This document shows positions 48,601 to 57,895 of a DNA stretch of 64,000 nt, piece by piece. This DNA is from a virus. The stretch lies in IMG/VR virus record IMGVR_UViG_3300005337_000003, positions 1 through 64,000 of that record; one strand, written 5' to 3'. Each line of letters opens with the position of its first letter. The stretch's first letter is position 1. The position numbers and the translations under genes are program-made. The notes below the pieces were generated by a model. The model saw nothing but the letters and a program-made list of their open reading frames with translations. It was not told the origin of the DNA and made no database searches.

Positions 48601-50540
48601 ATGAACCAGGCAGCATTAGTGGGTAATCTATGCATAGGATGTTCCTGAGGCTGATAAAATTTCAAAACTGCTTCCCCCTGGACAGCGCCATCAACTGCAA
48701 TTTCCTGCATTGATAAAAATGTCCTCCTAAACATCGTATCCGGAGAATGGAAAGTCACCAGATCCTTATTATAACTGGTGTTAGGATTTAGATTCGCAGT
48801 AACACCAGTAATAGCTGTAGTAGTAGTCGGAGTTGTGGAAATATAGGGATCAGCCCCTAGGTCATTATAAGGAAAGTTAGGGTAAACACCTTGTTTTCCT
48901 GAACTATCCAACAGGTTATAATTGAATGTATTGTTTACAATTCCTTTAGCTATTACGGTTTTATTTCCCTCTCGACTGGCTACCAGTATTTCGTATCCTA
49001 CAATATTTGGTATTAAGTTGCCGTCATTATCTACAGGAGGCTTAATATTTGAAAATTTTACTCCCAAAATGCGAATAACCGGAACGGTCAGTGGCGATAT
49101 AGGTGTTTCAGAATAAATATCTGTATAATTTAAAGCAGTGGACCTTAATGGGAATTTATGGTGCCTTACTTTTTTACCGCATAAATTTCCCCACACTTCG
49201 GGCTTATTTGTTGGGTACCTTTCTTCCGTCTCATAATAACCCATTTCCCCTTCGGCTATCTGATATCCTCCATCCCCCAATGCTGTTATGGTTGTGTTAG
49301 TAATTGTAGCAGTATTCAAATTCTCAAAGAAGAAGGTGTCATCGAATATCCCGGTAGCCGCGTCATCCTCCCCAGAATAAGGAGCCCTACCAGGTATATC
49401 AAAATCAGGACTCCTGTCTGAATCAGCATATACAAGCCGGATAGACAAATTGTAATTTTCATCCCGCATAGCTGACAGGTTAGTACCTCCATTACGGTAA
49501 TAATCGGCCGGGTACTCCACGATAGTAAAATGAGTAATGATCTGGTTAGCTAACGGCTGATAATTAAAATCAAATTTACTTTTAGGCCCAATGCGTAATA
49601 AACGATCTGATAATTCTACCATTGAGTTGGAACTTACCATGAGGGGATTGGTAATGGGAATAAATTCCAGGGGCACAACCACTAAGGTTTCAGGCAAAAT
49701 ATCCACCAGGATAGAAGTTTGAGTGATAGAGAATAATCCGTATCTTCTAGCAACAGGCTGTTGGTTTACAATAGCAATTACAACAAATTCATACTGATCA
49801 TAAGACTGGTCCAAATCGGATAGCAGAAATTCCACTGATCCTGACAAATTCTCATGGGAAAATAATGATATAGGTTTAGTAGGCACTGAATAATTTGTCA
49901 CCTTTTGACCATTCGCAGTGTACGCTGCAAGCCCATAATAAGTACCGTTTGGAAGGTTGCCTCCACTGCTTCCTTTATGTGCTGAGATGCATGGCAGTTT
50001 ACTGGGAGGATGGAGCTTGATCTTATCTGTATCCAGGGTTAACGGATTGTCGGGAACGAATACCCGGCAGCCGTTCGTGTCAGTTGTGTAGGTTCCCTTA
50101 TAGGGAATATTTGAAGGATTTATCTGCCTATCGGGGTTGCGGTGATTATCGGATATGTAAATGCTCCAGGAACAATCAAAATTCATCTTGGCCACTCCCG
50201 TGATCAAGTTTTGACGATTCCAGTTCAGACCCCGATCGTTCACTGCCTTGGTATAGGTCGCAGACATATCCCGAAAAAGTCCTAACTCTGAATCAATATC
50301 ATCTGTTGAACAGATAGCCCATAGATCTTCGTACATATAGACCATCCCGATTATCTGATATGGCGCCTCTATAAGCTTGTAATTTGCAGGCTCGTTTAGT
50401 CGAGCCCCTCCGTCCCCACTGCTCCAACCAGTAGTTGCGTTTCGGGCATGGGTGTATTCCCCCGAGACAGTAAAGCCCGTAGCGCCGTTGTCAGTTAAGC
50501 CCCCGGAAAAGGTATTAATATCCCCAGGATTGCCAGCCAT
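45615..50540 (-). CDS. Tail muzzle/stabilization protein (crAss-like)
   Basis: Size (~1640 aa) and position after the ring proteins; beta-rich; C-terminal WTISY...WLSANDW...YGVDYPF; start re-set to MAGNPG at 50540. Confidence 0.75.
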   Translation of the reverse strand: MAGNPGDINTFSGGLTDNGATGFTVSGEYTHARNATTGWSSGDGGARLNEPANYKLIEAPYQIIGMVYMYEDLWAICSTDDIDSELGLFRDMSATYTKAVNDRGLNWNRQNLITGVAKMNFDCSWSIYISDNHRNPDRQINPSNIPYKGTYTTDTNGCRVFVPDNPLTLDTDKIKLHPPSKLPCISAHKGSSGGNLPNGTYYGLAAYTANGQKVTNYSVPTKPISLFSHENLSGSVEFLLSDLDQSYDQYEFVVIAIVNQQPVARRYGLFSITQTSILVDILPETLVVVPLEFIPITNPLMVSSNSMVELSDRLLRIGPKSKFDFNYQPLANQIITHFTIVEYPADYYRNGGTNLSAMRDENYNLSIRLVYADSDRSPDFDIPGRAPYSGEDDAATGIFDDTFFFENLNTATITNTTITALGDGGYQIAEGEMGYYETEERYPTNKPEVWGNLCGKKVRHHKFPLRSTALNYTDIYSETPISPLTVPVIRILGVKFSNIKPPVDNDGNLIPNIVGYEILVASREGNKTVIAKGIVNNTFNYNLLDSSGKQGVYPNFPYNDLGADPYISTTPTTTTAITGVTANLNPNTSYNKDLVTFHSPDTMFRRTFLSMQEIAVDGAVQGEAVLKFYQPQEHPMHRLPTNAAWFIATIVGIGIGVSKLVGSRSSSVANSIIPGSSALTVAGATAIGISGILGALSSKIDDHDSIENVEADSGDIVEARDMTVTPIEQQERANISSGNVLDGIFGGGGKVSQLVGGLGKSIGGFLRGAAMGGLSMFVQFWGEGIDNVMDAILHMSQYQQYALQQISHCFYNKYFNAYPLRYRINRSVYLGPTFQEFDGNKRINNFYRSSTVAVQTTVDMAIPTDLSALAIDNTKQTVGTVQAGFSGASDIHYSPTTYNVVTTASSLYASLKERLRNQYGQPGSTKKVPTGCVNYIEISSVNDAFTSPVIFCGDVYITRYTEKNTMYFFYDWLYKQFDGFEFDYLKARMLQYPSYWANTKKFDVSDMTKGIANNLGGSIVGLTTGGGKAGNTQLNNYSASPWLPTGFRALDRKPSTSDTFINDATKTQSYFIVKNAYFYLFVSSVRDFYVESEINLGYRDWDEPVQKRHYDSETYTNTVAMFKADPDVIKSDNFYKYDYSLSASRSFVNMVSWSYGQPVYYDPIVAENCYVYHPRRVIYSLPQQNGSVVNAWTIFKANDYREFKSNISTIKSIGATGAIVIFKSDNPVMIQGNEQLELSVTSITIGSGSFLSREAQSLSNADRSYQVGATQESLSVVNTPSGIYWVCPEQLRIFTITGGLIDLIMPERLWWFSIYMPYNLLVDFPDFPHRNNPVIGIGYQAVYDGENHVVYFTKKDYKFTNVVELKFVNHISGNVFGYYPAEDTGDDQPQGPLLFTFTLEDTQFFQPASWTISYDIREKKWLSANDWHPDLVMPSLKNFNTIKGNGIWRHNNRCDLFCNYYGVDYPFELEYLNDDKGVVNITKSLEYYQEVYKYADNCYDRYMFLNETFDEVVVYNNEQCSGLLKLVLSSPDSPWDDLQYPIVASDHTKVLYEMKENKFRINMFYDLTLNRVSTAYRPIWNTEPNGYIMDLNNANINYNKDQTEQKAFRGYLGYVFLRRKVCGDKRFVMIFAVNKTLYSNR

Positions 50541-51516
50541 AGAAATAACGTTTAACAAACATATCCACGTACCGGGCATTAAATGCCTTCCGGTTAAGCG
50601 CCCAGGTATCCTGAATCTCTTTGAAGTTAGGCATACGGACAATACTGATCGCTTCGACCCTGGCCCTGCGGAGTTCCTCTTTTATATATCCCAACTTCTG
50701 ACCTACATCTTCTCCGTTCAAATACAGGTTCTCCAGGATCCGGTGCTTGACCTTATATTCGTAATACTCAGTAATCTTGGGCCTGTCCACAACCAACAGA
50801 TTACCCTCAGAGTCTTCGAGTATTCCTTCATAGTTAATATAAAGCTGGCCGCAGTTGAGATTAGAATATAGGAAGTCATCCTTGATCCATATCTTATCAG
50901 AACAATGTACATGTCTGTTTGGGCATGTTCCCGGTATGTTAAGCGACTCCACCAATCTGACTGGTATTAGTCGGTGCCATTTATGTATCTGTGTCTGCAG
51001 TATCTGAACCAACTCAAAAGCTTCCCCTTTACAGTTCATAAACACCCTGGGCTTAACACACGGATCTCCCATGAGGTGCAAAGGATTAAAACCTGGGACC
51101 GGCGTAAGGGTAGGAGTACACTCACCGCAATTACCACAGCCTCCACAACTCGATACGGACTGCGGACAGCTGGAACTATTGCAATTTTCCGTTACTGGCG
51201 GTGCGTCGCTATACTGCGGATACGGCACGACGTCTGTACGTATACCTTGCGGCGGAATGATGGTCCTGGAACCCTGATCGATTAAAAGTCCAAAGTTAAA
51301 AGCATAGTAGTCTCTGGGAAGCCGGCAATGGCCATTATTAATTTCAAGTATCTCCTCCTTTGTTTGGAATATCCTCAAGCCCAGGTCTTGGGTAACCCAC
51401 CGGACTACCCGTATAAGCTCCTGTGGATCTATCAGGCTGGCCTGGGCGTAACTCCTGAAATCCACCATGACGTCAGCCATCAAGGAATCGAATGTCTTAT
51501 ACTTTAAATTATTCAC
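50515..51516 (-). CDS. Tail ring/tubular protein with a Cys-rich insertion
   Basis: YKTFDSLMADV...LGLRI and ITEYYEYKVKHRILENLY; synteny just upstream of the muzzle gene. Confidence 0.65.
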   Translation of the reverse strand: MNNLKYKTFDSLMADVMVDFRSYAQASLIDPQELIRVVRWVTQDLGLRIFQTKEEILEINNGHCRLPRDYYAFNFGLLIDQGSRTIIPPQGIRTDVVPYPQYSDAPPVTENCNSSSCPQSVSSCGGCGNCGECTPTLTPVPGFNPLHLMGDPCVKPRVFMNCKGEAFELVQILQTQIHKWHRLIPVRLVESLNIPGTCPNRHVHCSDKIWIKDDFLYSNLNCGQLYINYEGILEDSEGNLLVVDRPKITEYYEYKVKHRILENLYLNGEDVGQKLGYIKEELRRARVEAISIVRMPNFKEIQDTWALNRKAFNARYVDMFVKRYFYGWQSWGY

Positions 51517-52187
51517 GACCTGAGTATGCTTTGGTTATCTACGTTATTATCTTTGGGGATCTGTATCATACCCAAAAGATCGTTCTTTAAAACTCCTTCT
51601 ATTTGAGCAAATAAATCATCCGGCACATTAGTGGGCTCAGTCAAACGATCCACACAACAATCTTCCGCATCACAAAAAAACTCCGAAATATCATCTTCCC
51701 ACATAGCATCTACATCTGCAGAATCCCAAGGGATATCTGGAAGATAGGTATATCCGTTCATGTACCAGTAATATTTTGTTTTATTGTATTTAAAAGTCGA
51801 GCTGCGGGTCATATATGACCAGGTTTTAGGGTCAGTTCTTTTTACCTCGGTAGACCCATCTACAGACGTTACACTTCTAATAATGGGCCCAAAGGCGCCT
51901 TCCAGTATTTTGGGCAGCCTATCCTTGCTTCTTTTCATTGTACAACAGACATTGATATCCACGCAGCCTGCTTCTATCGGGCTCACCTCTATTAAAGGAA
52001 CAGCCGGGAATTTTTGAAACATAGAACTATACCTGGTCATTTTGTTTCCATCATCTTTCTGTTTTATGTACAGTCTGGCGTATTTCATTACCTGGGAATA
52101 CAAAAACCTATCGGTAAGAAATGCATCCAGCTTATCTCCTTTAACTAACCTTCTTACACGGGATATTGTATCTGATTTGGTAGTCAT
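51513..52187 (-). CDS. Tail ring protein (crAss-like)
   Basis: ISRVRRLVK..DAFLTDRFLY; KYYWYMNGYTY; synteny. Confidence 0.6.
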   Translation of the reverse strand: MTTKSDTISRVRRLVKGDKLDAFLTDRFLYSQVMKYARLYIKQKDDGNKMTRYSSMFQKFPAVPLIEVSPIEAGCVDINVCCTMKRSKDRLPKILEGAFGPIIRSVTSVDGSTEVKRTDPKTWSYMTRSSTFKYNKTKYYWYMNGYTYLPDIPWDSADVDAMWEDDISEFFCDAEDCCVDRLTEPTNVPDDLFAQIEGVLKNDLLGMIQIPKDNNVDNQSILRS

Positions 52188-52735
52188 ATCATTTCAAATT
52201 CATCGTAGTTTTTTAAAAATTCTTCCAGTCTTCCCCGCTCCATATCATCTATCTTACTGAGTATTAAGCGATACTCTGCCTCCTTGCGGTCCTGGTGGAA
52301 TATGTATTTATTAAAGTCCTCCGCATAGGCTTTAGATACAATCTTAGACATATTCTTGGAAGACTTCAATTCCCAAACATACCTGTCCTTTAAGTGGTAT
52401 CTTTTAGAATGGTTACTATACATTATTCTGCATTTAAGTCCATCTGTATGCAGGTTAAGGTGCGGCATCTTTTGACCTAGCTTGAGCTTGTGAAAGTTAT
52501 AATATACTTTTTTAGGCCTGTAGCTGGCCACGTATAAATGCCCCAATCGCAGGGGAAGTTCTGCTCCGTACCTGTTCAGTGCTATTTCCTCAGCCATTAC
52601 ATCATGAAATGCTTTGAAAATATTACTATGGCCGCCCAGAGAGTCGGTAGAGAATTTGCGCCAGTGCGGGTACTTGTTGAAAAACACCGTGGCGTTATTC
52701 TGGTTCTTAAAAAGAGATTTAGTGTTTATCTTCAT
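52184..52735 (-). CDS. IHF/HU-like protein of crAss-like phages
   Basis: FHDVMAEEI...ELPLRLGHLYV (helix then LPxxLG beta pattern); position among the tail genes. Confidence 0.55.
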   Translation of the reverse strand: MKINTKSLFKNQNNATVFFNKYPHWRKFSTDSLGGHSNIFKAFHDVMAEEIALNRYGAELPLRLGHLYVASYRPKKVYYNFHKLKLGQKMPHLNLHTDGLKCRIMYSNHSKRYHLKDRYVWELKSSKNMSKIVSKAYAEDFNKYIFHQDRKEAEYRLILSKIDDMERGRLEEFLKNYDEFEMI

Positions 52736-52751
52736 TTTTCTGTTATCTAGT

Positions 52752-52780
52752 AAAAAACCCCCGCCATTAGCGGACGGGGG
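52752..52780 (-). terminator. Intrinsic terminator
   Basis: On the - strand: CCCCCGTCCGC-TAAT-GGCGGGGG hairpin followed by TTTTTT. Confidence 0.8.
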
Positions 52781-52835
52781 CCTGTTGTCGCCACTTAACC
52801 AACAACCAGAAAGTGGACGCTAACTTCACTTATTA

Positions 52836-53993
52836 TCATCCACATGACGGCCCATATTCAGCGTCTATAGTAGTTCCGGGAGTAATGGGCAGGTACGCTA
52901 AACTTCCAGGAACAATACATGCTACCACACTCGATGGGGAGCCTCCTACGGTTAATATACCGGTCTGGGGCTCTCCGCCACAGCTTGTATAATAATACCT
53001 TGCCTGGTCCTCTACATCTCCTGAAACACTGAAACTGGCGGTAGTACAATCACATATACAATTGCCGCTCTGCACGACAGTGTATGCTGTATCAATAGTT
53101 GGCGCTTCCGGGGCACAGATTACCATGGAATCTCCCAAACTCAAAGTGCCTGCTGATATATCCTCATCAGCGCCGATACAACCCGGCGAGTTAAATGTAG
53201 GACAATCCTCAAGAACGGCTACTGCAGTTGCTGGTGTTGTGCCCGGGGCAATTGCAATATCTGGAAGACTTTCGAATTGAGTCGAGCTGATTACAGACAC
53301 GGACGTTACTTTACCATAATTAGTAGTAAAATTAAAAACTGCGTCTACAAGCGGACTTCCCATGCCACTCGGATTGATTCCAAGCCCAGTGCCGCTTGTG
53401 AATCCTGAACCTGCGGCAGTAATGGTTATGCTGGTCACCTGACCTCCGGAAACAACTACTGTGGCATAAGCTCCAACGCCGCTGCCGCCCGTAATGGGCA
53501 CGGTCGTATAAGTGCCACTATTATAGCCTGCGCCAGGATTAGTAATAGTTCCTCCTGACAGGCCGCCAGAGCCTACAATAGCCTGAAGAACGGCGCTGCC
53601 TCCTCCGCCTATAGCATTTACATTAGGAGGAGATCCGGGATTATAACCACTGCCTCCATCAGTAACAGTTACGGAAGCCAACTCCAAGTGTGTACATGTC
53701 ACAGTGTAGGACTTACATGTGGGGTTGGGTGTAAATGTCGCAGTGAACGCCACACGATCCTGTGTCGAATCTTCTGCTATGCAGGCTGCCTGTACATACC
53801 CAGTGTAAGTGACGTCATCGCATGTTTCATCATCTACAAATATCGGACAAGATGCAATGCAGGCTCCGAGAGTATTACAAGTGGTCTCTACACAAGTATA
53901 AGGGCCGCTAGACCCCAACCGATAGCATACTCTATGTATACCTATGTAATTAGCGGTAAATGTTACCTGTATGTTTGCTGGGGATTGGCTCAT
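52836..53993 (-). CDS. Cys-rich virion fibre/spike-type protein with Gly-rich GSGY repeats
   Basis: Cys-rich termini flank VTDGGSGY / ITNPGAGY / ITAAGSGF repeats. Confidence 0.65.
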   Translation of the reverse strand: MSQSPANIQVTFTANYIGIHRVCYRLGSSGPYTCVETTCNTLGACIASCPIFVDDETCDDVTYTGYVQAACIAEDSTQDRVAFTATFTPNPTCKSYTVTCTHLELASVTVTDGGSGYNPGSPPNVNAIGGGGSAVLQAIVGSGGLSGGTITNPGAGYNSGTYTTVPITGGSGVGAYATVVVSGGQVTSITITAAGSGFTSGTGLGINPSGMGSPLVDAVFNFTTNYGKVTSVSVISSTQFESLPDIAIAPGTTPATAVAVLEDCPTFNSPGCIGADEDISAGTLSLGDSMVICAPEAPTIDTAYTVVQSGNCICDCTTASFSVSGDVEDQARYYYTSCGGEPQTGILTVGGSPSSVVACIVPGSLAYLPITPGTTIDAEYGPSCG

Positions 53994-54523
53994 TGTATTT
54001 TAGTCTTTATTTTTAACGTTACTGAAAAACATGGATCTAAATCGGGACATATACTCGCGATTTTTATCTCATAATATGTGTCAGGTTCTAACCCGGCAGC
54101 AGTATCCGTGTTAACTGTGGAAGATACGGCTGTGTTTAAACTGAAATTAACTGTTCCTGTCTTACGATAGTAAATCTGAAAATTTCCCGAAAATCCGGAA
54201 GGTATTCCCCACTTAACCCTGATGGTAGTTGGAGTAATATAGTCTGAATTGAAGATAACGGCTGAGCATGGTGAATTCGGGCTGTTGCATCCCGGATTGG
54301 TAATCATGCCTACCAGTTTCTGAATTATTTCATTGAATCTGGCGCCTTGCGGTACGGCAATATTAACTATCTCATCGCCGGTATAGATCAGGCATTTTCC
54401 GTCCTGGGTCTCAAAGCACTGTTCCACCTCAGAGCATGAAGGATATCCAGAACAAGCGCTTCCCTGTGAGATAACGTTATCTCCGCATTGACAAGGTTTA
54501 TTACAGCCGCATTTCTTTTTCAT
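53990..54523 (-). CDS. Cys-rich protein with a C-terminal FN3-like domain
   Basis: KCLIYTG N-terminal module; IRVKW...IYYRK...GLEPDTYYEIKI..IC. Confidence 0.7.
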   Translation of the reverse strand: MKKKCGCNKPCQCGDNVISQGSACSGYPSCSEVEQCFETQDGKCLIYTGDEIVNIAVPQGARFNEIIQKLVGMITNPGCNSPNSPCSAVIFNSDYITPTTIRVKWGIPSGFSGNFQIYYRKTGTVNFSLNTAVSSTVNTDTAAGLEPDTYYEIKIASICPDLDPCFSVTLKIKTKIQ

Positions 54524-54524
54524 A

Positions 54525-55709
54525 TCATTCTATAATTATTTCGGCACTTACGCCATTAGGGGCTGGACAAACCGCTGGTAATGTGTCCACCATAGCAAAG
54601 GGACAACTCCGGGTGATCTCAGGAGTAATCATTTGTACCCTTATCTTGTAGGTGGTGCCTGGAGTTAAACCGGTAAACTGACCAGTTACAGTAATAGGCC
54701 CACTAACACCAGTATTAAATGCCTGCAATTGAACATTATTGACAGAGTATAGCTGTGTTGAGTATGTAAGAGTACCTACAGTATGATTGAAAGAGTAGGA
54801 AAGACTGGTATACCCTGCACTAATAGTGACTGTCGGACAGGCTGAGTTGTTAACTATATCTAATTCCAGGAATTTCTGACAAGTGGTTCCACTTAATGGA
54901 TTAGTGAGACTGTTAACTCCTGATATAGAAAGATCGTCAGCAAAATTAAGGTTAGCTCCCGTCAGATCCAGTGATATTCCTGCGGTATTATTTAAGTTGC
55001 CTTTTATATCAACTCTGGAATTCAAAAAGCCGCCAGATTGATCTTCTATACGAAATAACACCCCTCCGGATTCGGTATTTACAAGTTCTGATGGAATAGT
55101 ACCGGTAAAGAATAAAGTGAGTATACGATTGCTGAATGTACCGGACATAGCAATCTCTACGCTGTTACATAGATTGGAGCCAAAATTCAACTGCAGGTTA
55201 GTGACAGCACTCCGGAGATCTTTTACCATTACCAGTAAATTAGTTATACCCTGTGGCATTTTAGCTACCTGTGAAATCCAGGAAGGAAGAGCACTCAGGT
55301 TACCTCCACTGGTACCAACACTGGGCAGTGAATTCAAGGCAGTAAAAGCAGCCAGCGAATCAGAAATGTCATTAACATTACCTGTAGCTAACCTTAGCTC
55401 ACCAAATTGTTTTTCCAGAAGAGCTGTAAAATCATTCAATACCAGAGCAGTGGTGGGACTTGCAATATATTTAGGGTAAAGGGACGGTAACGTGTAAGGC
55501 TGCAGGTTATTAAACTGGGCCTCTAAGCTAGTCACCCTTCCTGCTAATTGAGTAGTAGCTTGTTGGTATGTACTAACAGTAGTAACCAAACTACAAACTC
55601 TCTTACCTATCAACGATACGTAATTATTAATAGGCAGTGTAGTGACTTGATCTCCCGTAGAAGGATCTGAGTATTGAAAACATTGGGCTAATAAAATCAA
55701 GTCAGCCAT
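54525..55709 (-). CDS. Fibre-type protein: coiled coil plus FN3-like domain
   Basis: LAGRVTSLEAQ coiled coil; FTGLTPGTTYKIRV. Confidence 0.7.
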   Translation of the reverse strand: MADLILLAQCFQYSDPSTGDQVTTLPINNYVSLIGKRVCSLVTTVSTYQQATTQLAGRVTSLEAQFNNLQPYTLPSLYPKYIASPTTALVLNDFTALLEKQFGELRLATGNVNDISDSLAAFTALNSLPSVGTSGGNLSALPSWISQVAKMPQGITNLLVMVKDLRSAVTNLQLNFGSNLCNSVEIAMSGTFSNRILTLFFTGTIPSELVNTESGGVLFRIEDQSGGFLNSRVDIKGNLNNTAGISLDLTGANLNFADDLSISGVNSLTNPLSGTTCQKFLELDIVNNSACPTVTISAGYTSLSYSFNHTVGTLTYSTQLYSVNNVQLQAFNTGVSGPITVTGQFTGLTPGTTYKIRVQMITPEITRSCPFAMVDTLPAVCPAPNGVSAEIIIE

Positions 55710-55975
55710 TATTCACAGGTTTTAGTTATAAGGGCATTAATAAGATCCTTAAAGTCACTGATTTCTCCGACAGAAGTGAGACACCCCAAGTCATAATTAT
55801 CCAACTTCACAATATCTTCCAGGGCTAATACCTTAGTGGCTAATTTGTACATTGCCGGTGAGATCTCCTGTCCCCTGCATAAACCAACATCCTCTATGTC
55901 AGGACCATCCCAAATGACACAATTTACACTGATAGCAGTGCAGTTGCCGGTCTTATAATTCGTAGGTTTGCCCAT
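55709..55975 (-). CDS. Small Cys-containing virion protein
   Basis: NCVIWDGPDI...YDLGCL; TAATG coupling to the next gene. Confidence 0.7.
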   Translation of the reverse strand: MGKPTNYKTGNCTAISVNCVIWDGPDIEDVGLCRGQEISPAMYKLATKVLALEDIVKLDNYDLGCLTSVGEISDFKDLINALITKTCE

Positions 55976-55995
55976 TGTGTGTTATACAAAAATAG

Positions 55996-56391
55996 TTAAT
56001 TTGTTTGATAAGTTAAAACCGCAGTTACCTCTGTTGGCTTGTCGCAGGGGGTAATGACCTGCACAATAACAGCACTGACATTCCTGGCCTTTTCACAGCT
56101 GATCGACCCGAAAACCTGCAACACCGCAGTCACGCCACATGGCGCACAACAGGATACCGGCACGGTAAGACATACTGAAGGATCATAAATCAGTTCCAGA
56201 TCCATCAAATTCTTTTTTATCAACCACTTATTAAAATTCGGCTCAATACAACTCCTTACTCCCCATTTAGCTTCCAGGAACTTGCTATATACCTGATCGG
56301 CAAAATTGGTAAATACCTGGTAAAGACGCTCCTTAGAGATCCGGCCAGTGTCGTAAAGCGGCTGTATGTGCTTTTTTCTTATGTACGGCAT
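55996..56391 (-). CDS. Hypothetical virion-module protein
   Basis: Start re-set to ATG 56391; C-terminal PCxxPxxVxA repeats. Confidence 0.6.
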   Translation of the reverse strand: MPYIRKKHIQPLYDTGRISKERLYQVFTNFADQVYSKFLEAKWGVRSCIEPNFNKWLIKKNLMDLELIYDPSVCLTVPVSCCAPCGVTAVLQVFGSISCEKARNVSAVIVQVITPCDKPTEVTAVLTYQTN

Positions 56392-57695
56392 TGTTCGCAA
56401 GTTTCATAATCACTAGTAACCACCACGTCCCGTACCACTTCTACCCTGCTCCACCTGGTAACCTGCCAGCATACATTATAACCGGTAATTCTCACCGACC
56501 TATTTTCATAACTAGAAAGGTCTGTGGTAGTATAAATAGGAGTTGCGGTGCCGATACAATCTGTAAGCTTCCAATATACAGTGGCGCATTCAGCACAGCT
56601 GTCAAATTGCTCGTCTACTACAACACTTATGGGGGAAGGACACGGCGAAGTGCTGTTAAGCTGGACCACATAACATCCTGTATGCCCCACAAGGGTAAGG
56701 ATTTTATTTTCCACCCCGGTCAGATTTGTATTCGTCACAATATTGGGACCTCCTGAACAATTCACAAGCGTGAAACAACATGTGCCAGGAGATACCCTTA
56801 AAACAGTCTTGCAAAATAATTCGCCATCCATACAAAATTCATGATAATCTGAACAATCGTAATAACCGTTCACCCCGGTATCCGTAGGGTTAGCCCTGGA
56901 AATGAGAGTGGTTGTGTATTGGCCTTGGGCATTGCAGCAAGCTGTGGCGTATAGATTGTTGAGGTTTGCCTGATCCTGGGTATCGCTGAGTATCTGAGGC
57001 GTCACGTTCTTGTAAATTTCAGCCACGAAAACGCCCAGGTTAGGACAGGTTGGAGATGGAAAAAGGGCATAACTGCTATTGCAATTCACTGTCCCTCCCC
57101 ATTCATCTATGCAACCTTCACTTCCACAAAGGGTGCCTGATCTGGCCTCTATCAGTATGTTGTATTTACCCTCTTCAAGGTCCAGGGGAAACACTTGTAA
57201 GTACTGGCTCGGCAGATTCGGCGGAATTGGTGAAGACTCAATAGCCAATACGCCATTAATCTTAATCCGGAATGCAAATGTAGCCGTTACTGCCACACTA
57301 TATATGTCGCCGTTAGTTACAGTAACGCAGTAATTATAACCCTGCCAGTCGTTTAAGGGAGGCGAAAGACCTATTCCTCCCTGATTGAGACGTCCCCTTG
57401 ATGTTGAGTTATGACTGATCCATAAATCTCCGCTCACCAGTATAGCGATCGGCTGCAATATAGCACCCAAAACATCCCTATAAGCTAACGTATAACCATC
57501 CAGGTATGATAACGGGTATTGTACAGGTGAGATAGAATCAAAGCATGCTGTGCCGCCAGACATATAACTTCCATCCGGCACAATGGCAGGGGGCCGGGCT
57601 GACAATCTCTTGGGCACAAGAGGTGTAAACTCGGTATGCTCACACAGACCAGTGTCGGGGTTTAGTAAATAATCTGGAGGGCATCCGCAGCTCAT
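56379..57695 (-). CDS. Cys-rich protein (25 Cys in 438 aa) with two tandem ~65-aa C-terminal repeats
   Basis: Manual Cys count; repeats at about 56586-56780 and 56385-56585. Confidence 0.75.
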   Translation of the reverse strand: MSCGCPPDYLLNPDTGLCEHTEFTPLVPKRLSARPPAIVPDGSYMSGGTACFDSISPVQYPLSYLDGYTLAYRDVLGAILQPIAILVSGDLWISHNSTSRGRLNQGGIGLSPPLNDWQGYNYCVTVTNGDIYSVAVTATFAFRIKINGVLAIESSPIPPNLPSQYLQVFPLDLEEGKYNILIEARSGTLCGSEGCIDEWGGTVNCNSSYALFPSPTCPNLGVFVAEIYKNVTPQILSDTQDQANLNNLYATACCNAQGQYTTTLISRANPTDTGVNGYYDCSDYHEFCMDGELFCKTVLRVSPGTCCFTLVNCSGGPNIVTNTNLTGVENKILTLVGHTGCYVVQLNSTSPCPSPISVVVDEQFDSCAECATVYWKLTDCIGTATPIYTTTDLSSYENRSVRITGYNVCWQVTRWSRVEVVRDVVVTSDYETCEQCRT

Positions 57696-57874
57696 GTTTT
57701 TCCTGTATAGACCGCGTTAACGTTAGTGGGGGCCTGGGGAGATGACGGGATACTGGAAGCCGGCTTTATTGTCTTATGTACACATTGTGTGCAGCCGGTT
57801 ACTCCGTTTTTTATTCTGGCTGCACAGCTACAACCATGTACGGCTTGACATTGTGGGCATGTCCATTTACTCAT
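57692..57874 (-). CDS. Small Cys-rich protein (CPQC..GCSC...CTQC)
   Basis: ATGA coupling; AC-rich leader. Confidence 0.7.
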   Translation of the reverse strand: MSKWTCPQCQAVHGCSCAARIKNGVTGCTQCVHKTIKPASSIPSSPQAPTNVNAVYTGKT

Positions 57875-57895
57875 TGTTGTTGGTTTTTAATTGGT

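Noticed and set aside
200-50642. Upstream starts in the ORF track (301, 1284, 3039, 3720, 4064, 6515, 15354, 17501, 34944, 50642)
   Set aside because: They create long overlaps or use TTG/GTG without a leader; downstream ATGs with A-rich leaders or stop-start coupling fit better
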